DNA from: Octopus vulgaris
Lineage: Eukaryota
Length of the DNA stretch: 64,000 nucleotides
Direction: 5' to 3'
Assembly: GCA_951406725.2 (NCBI GenBank)
Contig: OX597816.1
Coordinates: 127,162,001 to 127,226,000 of the forward strand
Positions 40,930-56,197 of the stretch are shown here, piece after piece. The notes below the pieces were generated by a model. It had not been told where the DNA came from and searched no databases. It worked only from the letters and a program-made list of their open reading frames with translations. The stretch's first letter is position 1. Each line of letters begins with the position of its first letter. The translations under genes were made by a program, and so were the position numbers.

Positions 40930-43900
40930 AACAACAAACAAGTTGAGGACAAATATCTGTCAAATGTAAATAATGTAAATAAGGGAAAATAATGCTTAAC
41001 TCAAAGATCAATTTAGTAAACAGAGGCAGGAAAAACAACTGCGAATTTTTTATAATTCAGATATATTTATAATAGATTCTGGGTAATGAGTGGTGAATGA
41101 CACTATGTTCTTACACCATATGCATTGAAAAGCTAAAGACAATGAAAATGCCTATACAGAAGCCTTCTTCAATCAAGTCTGTCTTATTTGTATAAATTTT
41201 TTAAAAAGATATTTAAGCTGTAACAAAAATGTTATACACACACACACAATCATGCATATACAGACACATACATATATACATTGATCTCAAGTCATTATCA
41301 ACTTGGCAATACTGGAAAATATTTTGCTGAGGAGGTTCAATAAATAAATAATTAACCATGAACCTTGCTATTCAGTATATTCTGTAACTGGCAGATATCA
41401 CAATATATATGGTCAATGCTTCAATCAATCTTTAATATATTTTATTTCAGAAATATTAAAAATTAAGAGCAGATCCAACTGCTCCATGTTCACAATAATA
41501 TTTTGGAATTAAATATCATTCCATAGTTTAAACCAAGCTCAGTTATCTATCTAAGAACTTTATACACTATCTGCAGAACAAGAAAATGTAATAATGTATG
41601 AACAGTGCATCAAATTACTTTTCATCCAGCATTTACAGGAAAGCCTTTATAAGTTCTATGCATAATATAAATATAGATTAAATTTAATCTGTATATTCGA
41701 GTGTTATATAATTATAATATTTATCATTGTATGGAGCAATGCTTATCAAGTGTGAGAATATGAAAATAGTTATGTTTGTCAATTTCACTTTATTATGAAT
41801 ACAATCATTTCTAGAATAATGATTAAGTAGTTCCATTTCTATTCACTATTTAAAATATTTCATATAAGAACTTATAACAATATCTTCCCACTTTATAGCT
41901 TTATTTGCACATATTGATTCAATGTTTAGTGCTTCATCTTCCATGACTATTTCATAATCTTTGCTTTCTGTAATTGTTTGGAAGATAAAAGACTTGTAAT
42001 TTCTTAGTCAAAATATTTTTGATTTAGTTTTAATAGAATGAATCTCACTTTCCCTTTTAATGAAAAAGCATGATACATTTTTTTTTATCTTTGATAATTT
42101 CTTAACGTGACAAAGATGTCTTATTTTTATATTTGCATATTGCATCATCAACATATCACATTTATATAAATTTAGATAAGTTTTATTTGTGGCAGTCCAT
42201 TAGTTAAACATCTGATCTTACTTAAGATCTTCAGTATTTCATTTTAGGATATGTTAACATCGATATATCAGTAACAAAAGTTCACTGACAATGTAGGTTA
42301 TAGATCTATTTGTTTTCTTTTACTTGCCGTGTTATCAATTATTGATTTCTCTCATTACTGTCCAAATAAAACCCTAAGGACTATTCTATTTGGTCACTTG
42401 TTTCATTCCACATGATTACTATACTTAAGTGAAAATAAAAAGATGACTTATTATATCTGATTCCTTATCCCGATTAAATACGAATTAATTTAATTTTGTT
42501 AGCTATAATTTTCTCTGATAGCTAACTTAATTAACATGTTAATTAGTGATTCACTCTATACAAATCGTTTTTGCTGTAGAGCATTTCTTGGATGATTAAC
42601 TCACTGATGTTTATATCTTCTGCCTTAACTACATCTTCCTACAATAAAATATTTTTATTTCTTTTATGTTAATGAATTAATATCCATGTACTGAGCATCC
42701 AGTGAGATAATGTATATTCTTTATTTCTCATACATTGCTTCTGGACTTAAATTACTTTTCATCCAAACTTTTGAGCTTTCTGAATCATCATTATAAATAT
42801 TTTAGTATCTTATGTTTCACTTAAATATTAAAGAAATGCTGACTTCATTAGAAAATATAAAATTTGTTTAGGCATGAAGACTTTATTACATCATTCACAA
42901 GGTTTTGAATCCTACTATCAATATTTCAAAAATCTATTCTAGACTGAGTTATGTGATATTTCTTTATTGAAAATGTGCTTTTCTACACTTCAGTGTTCTA
43001 TTTTACTCCTTATAATAGTTTATCATAGTCTGTTGTGGGAGATAATTTCTGTTTCATATATTTAAGATACATAATTTTTATTCACATATACAGTGATTAT
43101 GTTTAAAATGTAATCATGTTTCAAAATTAAACTTCCTATGACTTGATGAATCAATCATTGGCTGTAACATAAAAATAACAACTTTAAATTACGTTTCGTA
43201 TTTAAAACAAAACTTTATACAATATAACAAATAAATTATTAAGGATTTCTTTCAAAATATAGTTAAAAACTACTCCTTAGGTTATCATGATTAACAGAAA
43301 AGCTTTAGCAATCTTTTTTTTTTATATTTCTACTATTACTACATATATATTTTAATAGCAGTTTCTCAAGAAATTATTTACTTTCAGATGTCAGGTTTTT
43401 CAATTTTCCTTTTTATTTAATGGTGCATTATTTTAACAATGTCTAAAGGACTCATTTTTAATTTACCCAAAGTCTATGTCTGGTGAATTAAAATTGTTTT
43501 CTCAGCATCACTTGCTTTTATTCTACAAATATTTGTTCCAAATATAATTTTCTATAATTTCAATAACAATTATATTTATCTTAATAACATAAGCCAAATA
43601 ATTGTGAAGAAATTAATAGAAATAACGATAATAATAATCATCCTTTTTTTGTTTGCTTTCCATACTAATATAGGTTAAAGAGGTCACACACAGGTTATCA
43701 CATTCCAAGTAAATTCTTATTCTGAAATTTTCACCTCCAAATGTGTTGGAGAAGAACATCTTGCTGGTATGTTCTTTTTTTACATAATTACCTTGGTCAG
43801 ATGCTCTCCCCGAAACAACCACTTTATGAAGTGTAATGGATACATTTTACCATGACACCAACATTCCTTGAGACTGAAGTGTCTTCTCTACTTGATTTTT

Positions 43901-45427
43901 ATCTCTGATCACCAATCATTTTATAGAATACGCATTTTATCCTGTACTAGAATAGTTTAGGTTGCCTTGAACCTCATAAGTTTCTCACTATTCTCCCCTG
44001 TCTTCATTCATTTGTGGTAACATACTCAAGATGGTGAATAGGAGAGAAAGCAGATGTAACCTAAGTTACATGGATGGCACTTAATCATCCCTACCACCAT
44101 CCCTATCATGTTACTTCTTTTTCCCCATCAAGTCACCTATGTGTAAAGGATTGCATTAGCACTGTTATGTAACAAAATATACCTTACCATCACCGCTTTG
44201 GTGCCATCAGTAAACATCACTCAGTCTTACTGTTGCTTATGTGTGTGAGAGCGCTGGTGTATATGTCTGAGCACGTGTATGTGTGTGTATGTGATTTCAA
44301 CTTTTGCACTAGCTGTATATTCATATATAAGATAGAATATGTGCATTGTTGAAGATGAAATCTTCAAGGCAGGTTAGAACGGAGGTCATAAAACTTTGGT
44401 TTATTACTGAAAGCAGAAAGAGAAGTCATAAATGATTTCTCTGAGCTTAGATATTTCAGCGCAGCTGAATACTGAACATTATTATGATTATTTCTGTGAG
44501 ATAAAATTTTACATACTGTGGGAATTCTGGAATGAACATAAACATATTTTCATATGAAGACATTACAATATTCAAATTTTCAATGGAAGACTTTCATTTT
44601 ATAGTACAAGACATGCCAATAATAGTTATAATATGAATTATAAAATAATCAGCTTCAATCTTATATTTTTATCATTTATGTGATTCTAATATTAATCTGA
44701 TATTTTGGTCAAATGGTTCACTAAGTACTTTATTATTATTATGTCCCACTTACAAGTCTTCTGACTGAAATGAACACTTGAAGATAATTGTGAGTGTGTG
44801 TGTACAAACACACACATACATACACAAATATATATACATATATACACATATATACATATATACATACATATATATATATTCCAGAATAAGCACATAAATG
44901 TGAAACAAGGTGGGAAAAAATAGTACTCGAATACTGGAGATAGAGTAATATGCTTTATTATTAAAGCTGCAAAAACATCACCAAAAAAATCACAAAAAAC
45001 TGCTACTCAGAGTTTCATGTTCTTGTTGGAAGTATGGTAAGAAGTTTGCTATCTAACCACATGGTTCTGAGTTCAGTTTCAATGAGTGGCACCTTGGGCG
45101 AGTGTCTTCAGCTATAGTCTTGTGAGGGGATTAGAAACACAGAAACTGAAACATAAATGTATATATCAATGAGTGTATGTATGTCTTTGTGTGTGTATTT
45201 GTTCTCCATCACTGCTTGACTACCAGTTTCTAGGTTATTGCCCCTTATCAGCACAGAGTAGCTGCTTGGCTAGGTGACGTTGCTGAATTCCAATTTGAAA
45301 ATACATAATTTTCAAAGGGACACACAGTCACTAATCTAATAAATAGAAACATTATTATTTCTAAATCTCTCAAGGAGAGATATGCAGTACAGATCTTTAA
45401 AGTAAAGACCATTTGCCAACATAATGT

Positions 45428-45590
45428 GGCTGTCCAGGATGGGACGATTGTTACTGTTGTTTAGCCCCAGGAGACATTGCTTCCAGCTGGCTATACGACA
45501 CAATATCTGTGTCCTTATATTTTTGAACAGCTGGAAATGATGTTTGCTAGGGCTGAACAACAGTAACAATGATCCCATGCAGGACAGCTA
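45428..45590. mobile_element. Hairpin MITE with ~43-bp TIRs
   Basis: ggctgtccaggatgggacgattgttactgttgtttagcccc versus gggctgaacaacagtaacaatgatcccatgcaggacagcta. Confidence 0.8.
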
Positions 45591-45739
45591 CATATATACA
45601 TGCACACACACACACATACTGGGTTTCTTTCAGTTTCCATTTCCCAAATTCAGTCACATAGGTTTAGTTCACTTGGTGTTATAGCAGAAGACACTTCATG
45701 TGTTTCCTCATAAGTCTATTTCCTTATTAGTCCAAGTCT

Positions 45740-46080
45740 TTTCTTAATACATTTGTACCCCATCATTAATTTACACTGGCATTACACATCTAAAAGTGTG
45801 TTCTTACTTCTTTTTCTTTTTTCTAATTTTTACAAGTCATTTGCATTCAAGACCCACATCTCAGCACAATGTTGTATTGAGTTTCATACATAAGCATCAT
45901 GTAGTCTGCCTTTCACTCTGTAAGTGATAAACCTTTGTTAACAACAGAGATAATTCTTCTCCGAACTATTTCCAACCAGTTCTTACTCTAGCTACTATAT
46001 TTTGAGAACACCTTCCTCTTCTAATTAGGTCACTTAGACAAGAAATGTCATTCAATACTTCTATGGATCCTCCTGGGCAA
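45740..46080 (-). mobile_element. RTE LINE relic
   Basis: Reverse-complement homolog of the ELLPLLVTKG...GRLYDACV region at 23470-23600. Confidence 0.55.
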
Positions 46081-47717
46081 TCAAGAAAATCTATTTTCCA
46101 TATGCTTTATATACATTTGATTTTTAGAATCAGTAAAAAGTAAAAAAAGGGATTTCATTATTTAAAATAGATCCTTCACTTTTTCTGCTAAAAATTTTGC
46201 AGATGTTACTCAGGGCACTTGCATTCTCTGCCATCATACTTTCAAAATTGAATGCAAAATAAGCAAGATTTATAGCGTTGCTAATGGAATTCAATAAAAT
46301 TTTCTAAAACTTAGCATTCCTGATACATGATTTCAGTATATAAATCTGAAAACCATTGATACAATTCAATATATGTGAATATGAATGTGTAATGGACTAT
46401 GCGTATAGAAAGTTTATTTACATATATCTATAAATATAATATTTGTACACACACTCACATGTGCAGCCACACCTACCGACACATTTTAGTGCACATGCAT
46501 ACACCCTGAAATGCATAAATGAATATATTATAAATTCATATAATATATGCAGATTCTCACATATGTGCATATACAAATGTCTACCTGTTGTGCATAAGCA
46601 CACATACATTCATGTCCCCATATATGCACACAGCAAATTAACATATACTTACATGTTCAGACATACACTCACAGAGGCTTACTTCAACAGCTGTACATAA
46701 TATGCACATGGGATAATTTCATATTTATGAGTATTATACATAGAAACATAAAAGAGCGTAAAGTAGTTGAAATGGGGGAATAAGTCAAGTTATACATGAA
46801 TTAAAATAAATATACATATTCTACATATATCTAGTTACACTGGCCAAAGTACTTTCTTTCTGGTAAAAAGGTGATGCACCATATGTATGGCTTCATATAT
46901 TAGTCAGTAAACTAAGATAATGTTTTCATTGCAACAACAATATAATTATCAACATTACTCATATTTGATGCACCTTTTGGTATTTAGTTACTAATTCTGA
47001 AAATGTTGTTCATGCTGCAAAAATTTTACAATGTGTGTGTATGGGTGTGAGTGTATGTGTATGCATGTATATGCCTATCTCTATCCTACTATCTTCTCTC
47101 TCTTTCTCTCTCTCTATATATACATATATATGTATGTATGTACATGTTTGTGTGTATATATATAATATATACACTAAAAGCTTCTTTCAGTTTCCATTTA
47201 TCAAATTTTGTTTGGTCTTGAGCTATAATAGATGGGACATGTTGCCCAAGTTTCTGGGTATTGAGGCTAAACCTGAGTCACACCACATAGTTGTCAAGCA
47301 AAAGTGTATATGCGTGAGAGAGTGAGGGAGAAAGTGGAAGAGAGAGAGACGGGGAGAAAGAATATGTGTGTGTGTGGTGTATGCACAGGATGTTTGTGTG
47401 TCCTTGTGTCAGAACATTTTGTGCTAATTGCAAACACATGTCATTGCCTTACAGGTAGTGTCATTCATTTGCAATTTTCATTGAAAACATGTTCAGCACC
47501 CAATGTGGTGCTCCTCTAAAGAACTTGGGGAAAATATTACTTCACTTAAAAGTGAGAACAGCACTGAGCTTGAGAAAATGTACTTCAACAAGTTTCATTT
47601 GACCCATGCATGTTAGGAAATGTGGTAGACATTTAAATGAGGATGATTGATGTGTGTGCAAACATATACATTTTACATATATATGTGCATGTGTGTGCAA
47701 ATTAATATATGTGTGTG

Positions 47718-47773
<56 letters not shown>

Positions 47774-49529
47774 CTTACAAATTCATGTAATCAATACTAG
47801 CATAGAAAAACAGATATGTGTCTGTGTATGCATGCATGTTTGCACATATATGTATGTGTGTGTATATATATATGTATATATTGTATGGGCATTCACTTAT
47901 ACATAACATATATGTAAGTATGAATGTATGTATAAGTTTGCATTTATGTATATAGGTAAATTCAAATGATTTCAGAAGAATATACAAAATTCATAATTTG
48001 AAACCATATCATTTCTAATAAAACAATATTTTTTCCTATTCAATTGAATAAAAATGAAAACTGTTGTAGGAGGCATGTGGGAAAGGACAGCTGCAGTTTA
48101 TAGGATATATAAATGAGTCTTTTGAAATATGATGCATTGAATATCAAATATTCAATGCACCTTAAGCATTAATGATTTCTATCTAATAATGAAATTTGAA
48201 GGAATTACCAACTCTTCTTTTCTTCAAAAAGGAATTCTTAATGAGCCAGTTGGAAATATATTGAAACCTGCAGTTTATACCTAAAGATAGAACTATAGAG
48301 ATTAGCTTAACTTGGTAAATTATCAATAAATATTACCAGTAAAAACATTAATAGGTTTCATCATTAACCACAGCCTTTTCTATTATTTTTGTTATCTTCT
48401 AACTCTAATGTCAAAACTACTTTTTCTTTCACTATTTACAACATCCATTAAAGTGCTATGAATAGCTCTATCAAGATCACATCCATAAATATACCACAAT
48501 ACGTTTCATCGAATGTATTTTCTCTATTGTATAAAATACCATACAAATTATATTATTTCTTCTATAAAAAAAATACCAATTCTCTACCACAAGATATTTC
48601 TTTTATTGTATTCTATTATGTAGCAGTTTATATTTCCTCCCAAAACAACTGAATATTGTGCTGCATCAAGGAGATAATATCTTTCAATCAATTGCATTTA
48701 TATATTAATGACTAGAATTAGACATACTAAAATTCTTATTTATATGTTTCTATACATATCTCTATATATAGTGCAATGAAAGTTTTTAATCACCATCATT
48801 CTGCCAGGTATCTCTACTGAAATTCCTGCATTACTTGCAATAAGTAAATAGTAATTGTCTTTTTCTTTTTATCACCCATTGTTACTTATTGGTACTTTAT
48901 CTGTTATGATACTGAACTTTTAGTAATTGTTTTAAATTCCGATCTCTCTCTTACAGGCTTAGAATATCTTTGTTTACCCTTCAAAATATTCCTTAATGAG
49001 AATCGGTATCATCTGCATAATCTTTAATTTTCACTTGAATTATTATAATAAAGACAGTTGGTTGGCATAAATACCTATCTGTAAAATTTGATTTTTCTGC
49101 TCCAGTAAATACCAATGAGTAACATAAATTTTTCAATGAGTCTGCAATCAATTTGGATCTTGCTTAGCCTGAATCACTATCACAAATAACTCAACCACAT
49201 TTAATATTCATTCTCTGCCAGACTACAAAGTGTGTGATTATAAAAAGCAGTTTCTTAATTAATGAATGCAAAATCAAGGTAGTTGATTTGACGAAGATTT
49301 GTTTCTGTTAAAATGGCATATATGATTTCATATCATAATACAAATTCATGCTAGGTTTTTTTATTTTAACATTTTTTGATCTAATCTATTGTTTTGAGTA
49401 TTCTGTAATATTCTTTCCGTCACATTTGTACTATTCGATAACAGATTGGCTATACCAGCCTCTGACTATAACCTCTTTGCATGAAAAACAGGATTGACAA
49501 AACAAGTAGCTAATATAATAAAATAAAAA

Positions 49530-49980
49530 ATGTGCCCTTTTAAAGCCCAGCCAAGCTCATGGGCCCAGTTTCCCAGTTTCTATGGCATATATTTCATTTG
49601 ACCCGTGCCGGTGGCACGTAAAAAGCAGCCACTACACTCTCGGAGTGGTTGGTGTTAGGAAGGGCATCCGGCTGTATAAACTCTGCCAAATCAAGATTGG
49701 AGCCTGGTGCAACCATCTGGCTCACCAGCCCTCAGTCAAAATCGTCCAACCCAAGCTAGCATGGAAAGCGGACGTTAAACGATGATGATGATGATGTGTT
49801 CCTCAGCTGGACGGGACATCAGCTGGACGGGACTCATTTTTGCCAGTTGAATGGACTGGAGCAATGTGAAATGAAGTGTTTTGCTCAAAAAACACAACGC
49901 ATCACGCAGTCCAGGAATCAAAACCACAATCTTACGATCATGATGCTGACACCCTAACCACTAAGCTACACACCTCCACA
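49530..49980 (-). mobile_element. SINE family B with a nested RTE 3' fragment (49600-49796, +)
   Basis: The flanks match 6205-6442; the insert ends ggacgttaaacgatgatgatg. Confidence 0.8.
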
Positions 49981-51987
49981 AGTAACTAGTATAGTGCCAA
50001 CATAATCTACAGCATACGTCTAATGGTCCAACAACCCTTTCTGTCTCCATTCCCTTAATTACTAACCATGTTTATACTAACTCTTACATCTTGTTTATCT
50101 GTTACCTCCTAGCTATCTAAAAATATCAGTTTAGAAGTTGTGCCCTTATTTACCAACTTCTTTGATAAACAGTACATTTTCGCCATCATTGCATATGTAT
50201 GTAAGCACGTGTATATGTATATATGTGTGTGTATAAACACATATATATATAGTGAAAGAAAGAATGAAAAGAAAGAGAAAAATTAAACATGATTCTCTAT
50301 CTTCTAATGCTTTTATGCTAAATGTTGGAGAAATTGGTTAATAACATTTGAATCTTTCATATATAAATAATATCATTTAATCACTTACACTCACTGAATA
50401 ATATTTGACAAAATGTGATTCATCTAATGAAAAATGAATTTCATTCCAAGGAGACTTTATAGCCTCACCACTATCAGAAGTTAGTTGGGTAGACTCCGGT
50501 AAAGTTAATATTTTCCTGTTACTAGTACCACAGTGTGCGTGAGTAAGACATTTATCATGCATAATTATGAAATCAATATTTCTTTTAGAATTACACTTCA
50601 TTTTTTATAAAGTCCATAATTTTAGCACTTTCAAGAAACACTTAACTTGCATCTTATCATCCAAACTAAAGTATGATTCCTTATTTGTCATATTTGTTTG
50701 AATCCACATCTAATGTATCTTCTGACTATATTTTAGTCTACTTATGGTGACAAACTTTATTGAGAGAATAACAAAAATCATACTAGAAAAATTTATACAG
50801 CAAGGTAAAACAATATTAGTTATTTGCTAATATTATCTTAGTTCTTTTGGCAAGTATGGGAGATAACTTCAGATAACTTTCAATGTTATTAAAACTTCTC
50901 AGAGAAGCAAAACTTCACCATACTTGTCAGAACAATGATAAATCATTAAGTTTATGTTTCGTTCAGATCTAAGATAATATCATTCTCAGAGTTGTCTCCC
51001 ATACTTCCTAAACAGTTTTTCCTTCATTGCACAATTTTTATGGACTTTCCATTAAATTCATTAACACTAACATAACTTGACTATTATTTTTCATATGAAT
51101 AGCATTTAGGTATAATTACAACCCCCAAAACCACCAAAATAATTACAAACTCCCAAATCACATTAATTTGGATGACTTAAGCACTGTTAGTACTAGGAGC
51201 TAAATTTTAATCTCTAAACATTTAGATTTTCCTGTTTCAACAGATGTCAATTTAGTTATTCTGTTATCACTACTTTGGCAAGTACTGTGAAATCTCTGCT
51301 TCACTGAAGAGTTCTAATAATATTGAAGTTGTCTCCCTTATATTTACCTAAAGACTCAAAATGGTATCATCTAATGACTTAGGTTGTTTCCTTTCACATT
51401 AATTAGCTTTCTAACATTCTCTGCTTTAAATAGATTCTTATTAACTTGAATATTGTTTTTACATGAAAATGCCACCAAAGAGATATTCTCAGAACATTAC
51501 TACTCTACTAAAATCATCAAGGTACCACATCTTCAAACATGAAGAGTATTCACTGAGTAGTATCCAAAATCCTTTTTCTTTGAAATGTATTTTATTTCAA
51601 TTTCCATATTCATATGATTCTTGCAAATAATTTACAGATTGTCAAATGAAAAAAGAAATTTCTCTTTTGATGTTTTTAATTTTTTTTTTTTTTTTTTTGC
51701 ACTTGCATCATATCTTGGTTACAATGATTTAAAGACTTCTCTTTATCTACTAAATGATTTCTTTGAGAGTAATTTCTTTACAGAAGGAACTAAAATCGTA
51801 TGATCAAGAAATTTAATAACTTTTAAATGTCAGACTTGCTTTTATCATTAAAGCATATAGAAAGAAACAAAATGGAAACAAATGATTAATTTTGCTACAA
51901 AATTAGAACATTTCTCAATAAATTGTTAAATCCAAATGCTGTTTCTGCTTTATGTAGTTTAAATTTCAAATAAATGAATGAATAGAT

Positions 51988-52143
51988 AATCATCATCATC
52001 ATCATTTAACGTCTGCTTTCCATGCTAGCATGAGTTGGACTGAGGACTGGCGAACTAGATGGCTGTGCCAGGCTCCAATCTGATCTGGCAGAGTTTCTAC
52101 AGCTGGATGCCCTTCCTAATGCCAACTACTCCGAGAGTGTAGT
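51988..52143 (-). mobile_element. RTE 3' end
   Basis: (CAT)n ttaacgtctgctttccatgctagcatg. Confidence 0.8.
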
Positions 52144-52177
52144 ATAATTTATGCTGCACTGCCATGACCAGGATAGC

Positions 52178-52850
52178 ATGGTTTCAAATTTTGGCATAAG
52201 GCCAGCTATTTTAAGAGTCAGTGTTTAGTCAAGTAAATTAACCCTAGTTTTCAACTGGAACTTATTTTATCAACCCCAAAATGGTGAAAGGCTAAGTCGA
52301 CCTCAGCAGAATTTCAACTCAGAACATATAGAGCCAGAAAAAGCTGCTAAGCATTTTGTCTGATGTGCAGCTGATTCTAGAAGCTTGCTGCCTTAATAAA
52401 AATACTACTAATAATACTGGTTTCAAATCTTGGCATAGAATCAACTGTTTTTGAGAGGAGGAGTGAGTGAATTACATTGATCCCAGTACTTGACTGGTAT
52501 TTATTTCCTTGATCCTGAAATAATGACCGGCAAAGTCAGCCTCAGTGGAATTTGATCTCAAAACATAAAACTAGATGAAACACCACTAAGCATTTTGTCT
52601 GGCATGCTAACAATTCTGTTTGCTCACTACCTTGCATACTCCTACTACTAAAAATAATTATAATTTTGATCAGGCTAAAATTTTATTACAGTTTTATCTG
52701 TAATAATTTTTATTGCATGAAGTGGATTAGCTGTTTGAGGGAGAGTAAAGACATTTATATTGATCTTAGTATTTGACTGATATTTATTTTATTGACCTCA
52801 GAAGGTTGAAACCTATGGAATTTGAACTCAGAACGTAGTGAGCCATGAAC
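52178..52850 (-). mobile_element. Three head-to-tail SINE family C copies
   Basis: tggtttcaaat(t/c)ttggcata...gaattt(g/c)a(a/t)ctca repeated at ~52178 and ~52418, and partially at ~52700. Confidence 0.75.
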
Positions 52851-55489
52851 AAATAATGCAAGCAAAACAATATATAATCCTATACTGTCTCTATCAATTC
52901 TTAAATATTGAGGTTTTGTTCATGTCAATAAATTTTGGTATTTCTTTTATACTTATACATGTTTTAGCCTCTTGCTTTTGGACATTCTAGACAGAATCAT
53001 CAATGTTGGTATACCAACATTTTTCCAAGACATTATTGTGTATATTGATTTATAAAAGTAAGAAAAGAAATTTTTGTTCAATTTCACTAAGATGCTATAC
53101 AGAATTATAAACAATTACATTCAAGCATGTAATCTCAAAGTTTAAAATTAACTGTAAAGATGTTCTTATATAAAAAGCAAACAAAATGAAAATTCCTCCA
53201 AAAATTTCAAAACTGTTTATGATTTACTGTTATTGAATTTCATGCTCTATTTTCAAAACTTGATTTAGTTATATGCTCAGTTTCATTTCCTTTAGAAAAA
53301 TCAATGGAACTTATGAGAGTTAAGAATAAACATATTTGTTTTAAGCCCTATTCTACTAAATCTAGCATTATGTGTCTGTGTTTTGAGCATGAAGGAATTG
53401 TTACTTAAATATTGTTTTAACACTCTATCTTAAGGGAAATAAAAAGTTTCTGTAAATTATTCTATTAAGAAACGCAGTGGCTGGAAAATTTGACCAATAT
53501 CTTTGTACCTGGACTCCCAGTCAATTATCGATATCAGTCTTACAAAAGGATGTTACAAGTAAGCTGAAAATTCAAGATCTACAAATATATTCAAGTTTTT
53601 GAAAGACAACCATGTTGAAACATCACCTTTATTTGAATCATTCATTTATAAGTGTCATTATCAATCAAAATTTGGAATATATGATTTTAAACATGCTTTG
53701 CCATCAAAAAGCAAAAATATTTAAATTTGGATAGCTAATTTCTAAAATGCTACATTTTATTTTAATTTTAAAATCATATCAATACTTAGAAATTATATAG
53801 ACACTTGTTGACCTTGCTGGAAATTATGATGGATGAGAGTGCTCTGTTATTTAGGCTAATAACTTCTATGATAGAATTTGATTAATGTGTAGCCCAGCAC
53901 TTTTATGGAGCAAAATTGAAGCCTGATTAATTAGTTCTGCTCATGTATTATACATTTGTCCATTCATTTTCTTTGCATTTTTTCACAATAAAGCTTTGCC
54001 ATTACAAGTTTGAACTTGACTATGCAGGGGTGAGCACTATATGGAACAAGAATAAACAAATTAGTTGGAGGTGCTTGATTGGCAGTAGCATGAGACTGAC
54101 CATCTCCAAGAAGTAGGGTCACTACAGTAGTGGTGTGAGAGAGAGAGAGAGAGAGAAAGGGAGAGAGAGAAGGAGAAAGAGAGAGTGAGCAAGGAGATTA
54201 GTCTCTTGTAGAACAGACACTATAATGTGGTTTGTGAGCAGCTTCATGCCAATCAGCTGGTTGACCTTTCTTTGGATGCAGACTGTAATATCTGTGTGCA
54301 GCTCCAGCTTCATTAACCAGAATTATATTCAGGATAATGCTGTATGCAGAGAGAGACAGTACTGTCAGTAACTTAAGTATTTTCTGATACTCAAATAGAA
54401 GGTAAATCTTTTCTATGTTGAGAAAATGTGTTCACCAAGAGAGGTTCCCTGTGGTAGAGAGGCATAGCATTTAAAATTATCACAAGGGTTCCAAATTTAT
54501 GTTGTTCATATTTACTGAGAGGAGGCTTGATAATTTGGTTGTGTCTAGGGAAATTCATTATCCCAGTATTAATTACCCACTGGTTCAATTTCATTCCTTT
54601 ATTATTAGTCAACTGGTTAAATATATATCCAATTTCTTGTATGTGACACCATAAAATATGTTTCAAGACATGAATTCATATGAAGAATCTTGCAAAACAA
54701 AAACAGAAACGAAGTACGATTAGTAAGATTTTCTTGATGTGTGAAGCAGTTGTTTCTTTTAGCTACTGAATGAGAAATTTTGCATTGTGAATGATGTTTA
54801 AGCATTGAATTTTAGGAACTAATAAAGGACAGTGTTATTTGAGTAGCAGATGTGTGGGTGGGTAAAGGGAAACCAGAATTAATGAAGGTGTGGGATAGAA
54901 AGAGCTCAATGTGGCAACAGTGTACTCTGATAAAAATATCATTCCAAGAAACACAAGTTAGATGGCAGGTGGATTTTCTATTATATATACCAGACACTAC
55001 TGAAAGTTTTACTGGTTTCAAGAGTATTCTATTTGCACTTTAAGGTCAAATCCCATCAAGGTAAACTTAGTTTTTCATCCTATTCAGTCAATAAATACAA
55101 TACTGATGTTAATTTTACTCCCTTTCTCTCCAGAAGAAATTGGCGAGAATCAAATCTTGAGTAGGAAGGACTCAACCAGACTGAGATGTCCAAGACATGG
55201 TATTTGTCATGATGATACCTCTCCATTTCCATCAGTAACAGAGAGTTCAAAGAAGTAGACACACAGAATACTCTGATTACCAAACATTACATTTGTGTAT
55301 GAATATACACACACACACACACACATAAATCCTCAGGCTTATATACCCCAATATTTGATTATTTTCTATAGCCAATACAACATGAATACTTAAAAGCTTC
55401 AAACATATAATTATTTACAGAATTTTCACTCATCACTGTTTCTTAATTTAATGCAGAGTATATACATATATATATTATATATATATATA

Positions 55490-55969
55490 TATAAGTTTAC
55501 TTCCCTACTACATGGTTCTGGGTTCAGTCCCACTGCATGGTATCTCAGGCGAGTGTCTTCTATAGCCTTGGGCCAACCAAAGCTTTGTGAGTGGATTTGG
55601 TAGATGGACACTGAAAGAAGTCTGTTGTATATATCTATATATAAATTGTAGTTGTGATAGCCATGCTGGTAGCATGTAAAAAGTACCATTTGAATGTGAC
55701 TGATGCTAGCACCACCTTGACTGGTTTCTGTACCAGTGGCATGTAAAAAGCACCAACCGATCATGGCTGTTGCCAGCCTCCTCTGGCCCCTGTGGTGGTG
55801 GCACGTAAAAAGCACCCACTACACTCACGGAGTGGTTGGCATTAGGAAGGGTATTCAGCTGTAGAAACACTGCCAAATCAGACTGGAGCCTGGTGCAGCC
55901 TCCTTGTTTCCCAGACCCCAGTTGAACCGACCAGCATGGAAGACGGATGTTAAACGATGATGATGATGA

Positions 55970-55973
<4 letters not shown>
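55490..55973 (+). mobile_element. SINE family A head followed by an RTE 3' UTR
   Basis: catggttctgggttcagtccc...gtggatttggtag, then ggcacgtaaaaagcaccc...ggatgttaaacgatgatg. Confidence 0.8.
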
Positions 55974-56008
<35 letters not shown>

Positions 56009-56166
56009 GAGAGAGAGAGAGGGGGAGAAAGAGATAGTAAAGAGAGAGAGAGAGAGAGAGAGACAGATGAATATGTTTTTGCCACATATTTGATAATTAA
56101 CTTTAAACTGCCTGACCCATGTGAGCATGTGTGTGTGTGTATATGTGTGTACAAGTGTGTACACAT

Positions 56167-56167
<1 letters not shown>

Positions 56168-56197
<30 letters not shown>

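Larger units (their letters stand above)
40672..40982. mobile_element. Penelope-like palindrome, ~150-bp arms around (ATA)n, one hammerhead-like motif per arm
   Basis: The arms are near-perfect reverse complements; ORFs 40596-40883 and 40771-40992 mirror each other. Confidence 0.85.
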
